From Polyangiaceae bacterium (GTDB taxonomy: Bacteria > Myxococcota_A > Polyangia > Polyangiales > Polyangiaceae), in contig JBGANF010000143.1 of the NCBI GenBank assembly GCA_044222475.1, forward strand, positions 1 to 19,098: a stretch of DNA of 19,098 bases, in the 5' to 3' direction. Of this stretch, positions 16,830 through 19,098 are shown in pieces. Made by a program: the position numbers and the translations under genes. Under the pieces are notes generated by a model. That model saw only the letters and a program-made list of their open reading frames with translations. It did not search any database and was not told where the DNA came from. Each line of letters starts with the position of its first letter. The first letter of the stretch is position 1.

Positions 16830-17704
16830 ACCCTCATCTCTCGGCTGGGATCGACGCAGGTGCGAGCGCGATCAAGGTCGCGGTCGTGCGCAGTCGCGCG
16901 GGCGCGGACGCGGACATCCTCGCGACCGCGGTGCAGCGCATCCGAAGGCGAAACATCGGCGAGGTCGTCCGCGCGACGTTCGACGAAGCCTGCGCGACGG
17001 CGAAGCTCGACCCGAAGCAGCTCTGCTACGTGGCGAGCACCGGAGACGTCGACGCGGTGTCGTTCGCGACCGGTCACTTCTACGGGATGACGACCCACGC
17101 GCGGGGGGCGCTGCATTTCATCCCGAGCGCGCGGGCGGTGCTCGATCTGGGGGCGCTGCACGCGCGCGCGATCCGCATGGACGAGCGAGGCAAGGTGCTC
17201 GGGCACCGCATGACGAGTCAGTGCGCGAGTGGGACGGGGCAGTTCCTGGAGAACATCGCGCGCTACCTGGGCGTGCCGCTGGAGGACGTGGGGCGTCTGT
17301 CGCGCGAGTCGAAGCAGGTCGAAGAGGTGTCGAGCGTGTGCGCGGTGTTGGCCGAGACGGACGTGATCAACATGGTGGCGCGCGGTCTGGGGACCGGGGA
17401 CATCCTGCGGGGGATTCACCTGAGCATCGCGGGTCGGCTCGTGCGTCTCTTGCGATCGGCGGCGGCCGATGGAGTCGTGGCGGTGACCGGAGGTCTCGCG
17501 TGCGACATCGGGCTGATCGCGTGTCTCGAGGAGCTGCTTGCGAAGGAGACGAGCAAGCCGAAGAAGCCGCTTCCGAAGCTGACGCTGCATGCGCACGAGC
17601 TGTCGCCGGTGGCGGGAGCGATCGGCGCGGCGATCCTGGGAGCGTATCGGCACGATCAGCTGGCGAAGCGAGGGAGGTTAGGGGAGGCGACGGTCTCCGT
17701 CTGA
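16826..17704 (+). CDS. bcrD: Benzoyl-CoA reductase subunit D (ASKHA ATPase, BadG-like)
   Basis: AGIDAG, GHFYGMTTHARGA, LDLGALHARAI, MTSQCASGTGQFLENIARYL, CAVLAETDVINMV and AGAIGAA. Confidence 0.95.
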   Translation: MNPHLSAGIDAGASAIKVAVVRSRAGADADILATAVQRIRRRNIGEVVRATFDEACATAKLDPKQLCYVASTGDVDAVSFATGHFYGMTTHARGALHFIPSARAVLDLGALHARAIRMDERGKVLGHRMTSQCASGTGQFLENIARYLGVPLEDVGRLSRESKQVEEVSSVCAVLAETDVINMVARGLGTGDILRGIHLSIAGRLVRLLRSAAADGVVAVTGGLACDIGLIACLEELLAKETSKPKKPLPKLTLHAHELSPVAGAIGAAILGAYRHDQLAKRGRLGEATVSV

Positions 17705-18838
17705 TCGGTAGAGGGTGAGCGAATCGTTCGCGACGAGCGCGAGGGCGCGATCGTCAGGCGAAAAGGCGATTACCGGGTTCATCGACCCAGAGAGCGGAAC
17801 CGCGAGGAGCTGGTGCCCCGTGATCGCCGAGTGAATCGTAAGCGAGCGTGGGACGCTCTCGGTTCCGAATGGCGGGATCGTCGCATGCACGGCGGCGAAG
17901 AGTCTCGACGAGGGCGAGAACACGACGGCAACGACGTCCGTGGCGAGCTCGAATACGGCGTGGCCGTCGCGGGGATCGAGGATGCGCGCCGGCGACGGAC
18001 CCGTGAAGCCGACCTGGTGCGCTCCGCGGACGTATCGCCCGAACGTCGAGAACAGCAGCGCGTCGTTCGGACTGAGCTCGGCCTCCGCTGCCAAGGCGGG
18101 GCCCAGGCCCGTCGCGCGCAGATCCTCGAACCAGCTCGACTCGTGCACGGACCACTTGATGAAGTGCCCGCTTGGGCTCAGCGAAGCGTGCGTGTTGTCG
18201 AGGTGCGTCGCGCAATCCAATTCGCGGTCGGCGAAGCGCCGCGTCACGGTGCCGGTCGAAACGTCGACCAAGTAGAACGAGGCATACCCGTCGACGTAGG
18301 GCTTTCCATCCGAAAGATCGGCGCACGGGACCCGAATACACTCCAGGATCGCGACGCGCCCGTCGGCTGAGAACCTCGCGAAGCAGTCCTTTTGGCCATT
18401 CGGGTGTGGAAGCGTCACCTCGGCGCCCGTATCGACCTCGAGCGCCGTGCCGGAAAGAACGAAGAGAGGCTTGGTCGAGTGCGTGACCGCATCAGCGCGG
18501 GGCTTCGGGACGATGGCGAGCGATTGCGCGTCGACGACGACGAAACCTCGCACGCCAAGGAGCGCGATCGCACGTGCGTCCGGTGAGAAGGCCAAGGACA
18601 AGCCTTCGCTCGCGAGAGACTTCAGGGTGACGGCGCTTGCCCGGGAGAAGTGCAGCGTGTCGGGGTCGACGAGCGAAGGACCCGCATCGAGCGCACTTGC
18701 ATCGGCGGCCTCGGTCTCGACGGTCATGACCGACGGCTGAGCCGCCGTCGAGGAGGCGGACCTCGTCGGAGCTGCGGGCGTACACGCCGAGAGCGCGCAG
18801 CCCGCGACGATGTGTCTCACGAGGAGAGGCCGAGTCAT
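17678..18838 (-). CDS. Hypothetical WD40/YVTN-like beta-propeller lipoprotein
   Basis: Repeats of LAFSPD, RFSADG, SLSPSG, ELSPND, VFSPSS and IAFSPD. Lipobox-like IVAGCALSA-C. Start is uncertain (18838 or 18874). Confidence 0.7.
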   Translation of the reverse strand: MTRPLLVRHIVAGCALSACTPAAPTRSASSTAAQPSVMTVETEAADASALDAGPSLVDPDTLHFSRASAVTLKSLASEGLSLAFSPDARAIALLGVRGFVVVDAQSLAIVPKPRADAVTHSTKPLFVLSGTALEVDTGAEVTLPHPNGQKDCFARFSADGRVAILECIRVPCADLSDGKPYVDGYASFYLVDVSTGTVTRRFADRELDCATHLDNTHASLSPSGHFIKWSVHESSWFEDLRATGLGPALAAEAELSPNDALLFSTFGRYVRGAHQVGFTGPSPARILDPRDGHAVFELATDVVAVVFSPSSRLFAAVHATIPPFGTESVPRSLTIHSAITGHQLLAVPLSGSMNPVIAFSPDDRALALVANDSLTLYRSDGDRRLP

Positions 18839-18940
18839 CGCGAGGAAACGCGGCGCACGAAGGACGTATTCCATGAACGGGCACGAGGATACTCGACGGC
18901 GATGGAACCTCGAGTCTGGCGGGGGTACCTCCGGTTGGTC

Positions 18941-19098
18941 ATGGAGTCTCTACGCGACGAGCTCGCCGAGTTCGAGTTCCCGGCGCTCGTGAAGCTTTGC
19001 TACGAACATGAACACTTGTGGTTCTCCGTCGAGAAGTGCTTCGACGAAAGTGTCGAGGCGACCCTCGAGAGCGAGCCATGGGCCGACATTGGATTTCG
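18941..19098 (+). CDS. Hypothetical protein, 5' partial (runs off the window)
   Basis: Open frame MESLRDELAEFEFPALVKLCYEHEHLWFSVEKCFDESVEATLESEPWADIGF... with an in-frame ATG also at 18902. No recognisable motif. Confidence 0.45.
   Translation, partial: MESLRDELAEFEFPALVKLCYEHEHLWFSVEKCFDESVEATLESEPWADIGF

Noticed and set aside
12953..17704. 2-hydroxyacyl-CoA dehydratase plus activator as an alternative call
   Set aside because: Same superfamilies, but Bcr-specific signatures, two distinct ASKHA subunits and adjacent oah/dch favour benzoyl-CoA reductase.
10243..17710. Catabolic operon as a mobile element or recent genomic island
   Set aside because: No integrase, transposase, tRNA or flanking direct repeats seen, and composition resembles the neighbouring genes.

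Overview
GC-rich (roughly 70% by eye) bacterial DNA. An AgmX/PglI-type C-terminal fragment, a Hanks Ser/Thr kinase and several lipoproteins suggest a myxobacterium (Myxococcota, Polyangiales-like); this is inference, not a marker-gene call. The left half (1-10.2 kb) holds a kinase, a VWA lipoprotein, a PlsC-type acyltransferase, a small membrane peptide coupled to an MFS gene, an hslO-MBL hydrolase-POT transporter operon divergent from msrB, a GGGAGC-repeat palindrome and a Kelch lipoprotein. The right half (10.45-17.7 kb) holds an intact, tightly coupled anaerobic aromatic-degradation operon, oah-dch-tetR-bcrC-bcrB-bcrA-bcrD (class I, ATP-dependent, Thauera-type benzoyl-CoA reductase). Its upstream region has an FNR-like box next to a PaaR-like TetR palindrome. 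The had, ferredoxin and benzoate-CoA ligase genes are absent from the window. The most notable system is this TetR-embedded, apparently O2- and aryl-CoA-controlled dearomatisation module in a probable myxobacterium. No RNA genes, CRISPR arrays or mobile-element genes were seen.
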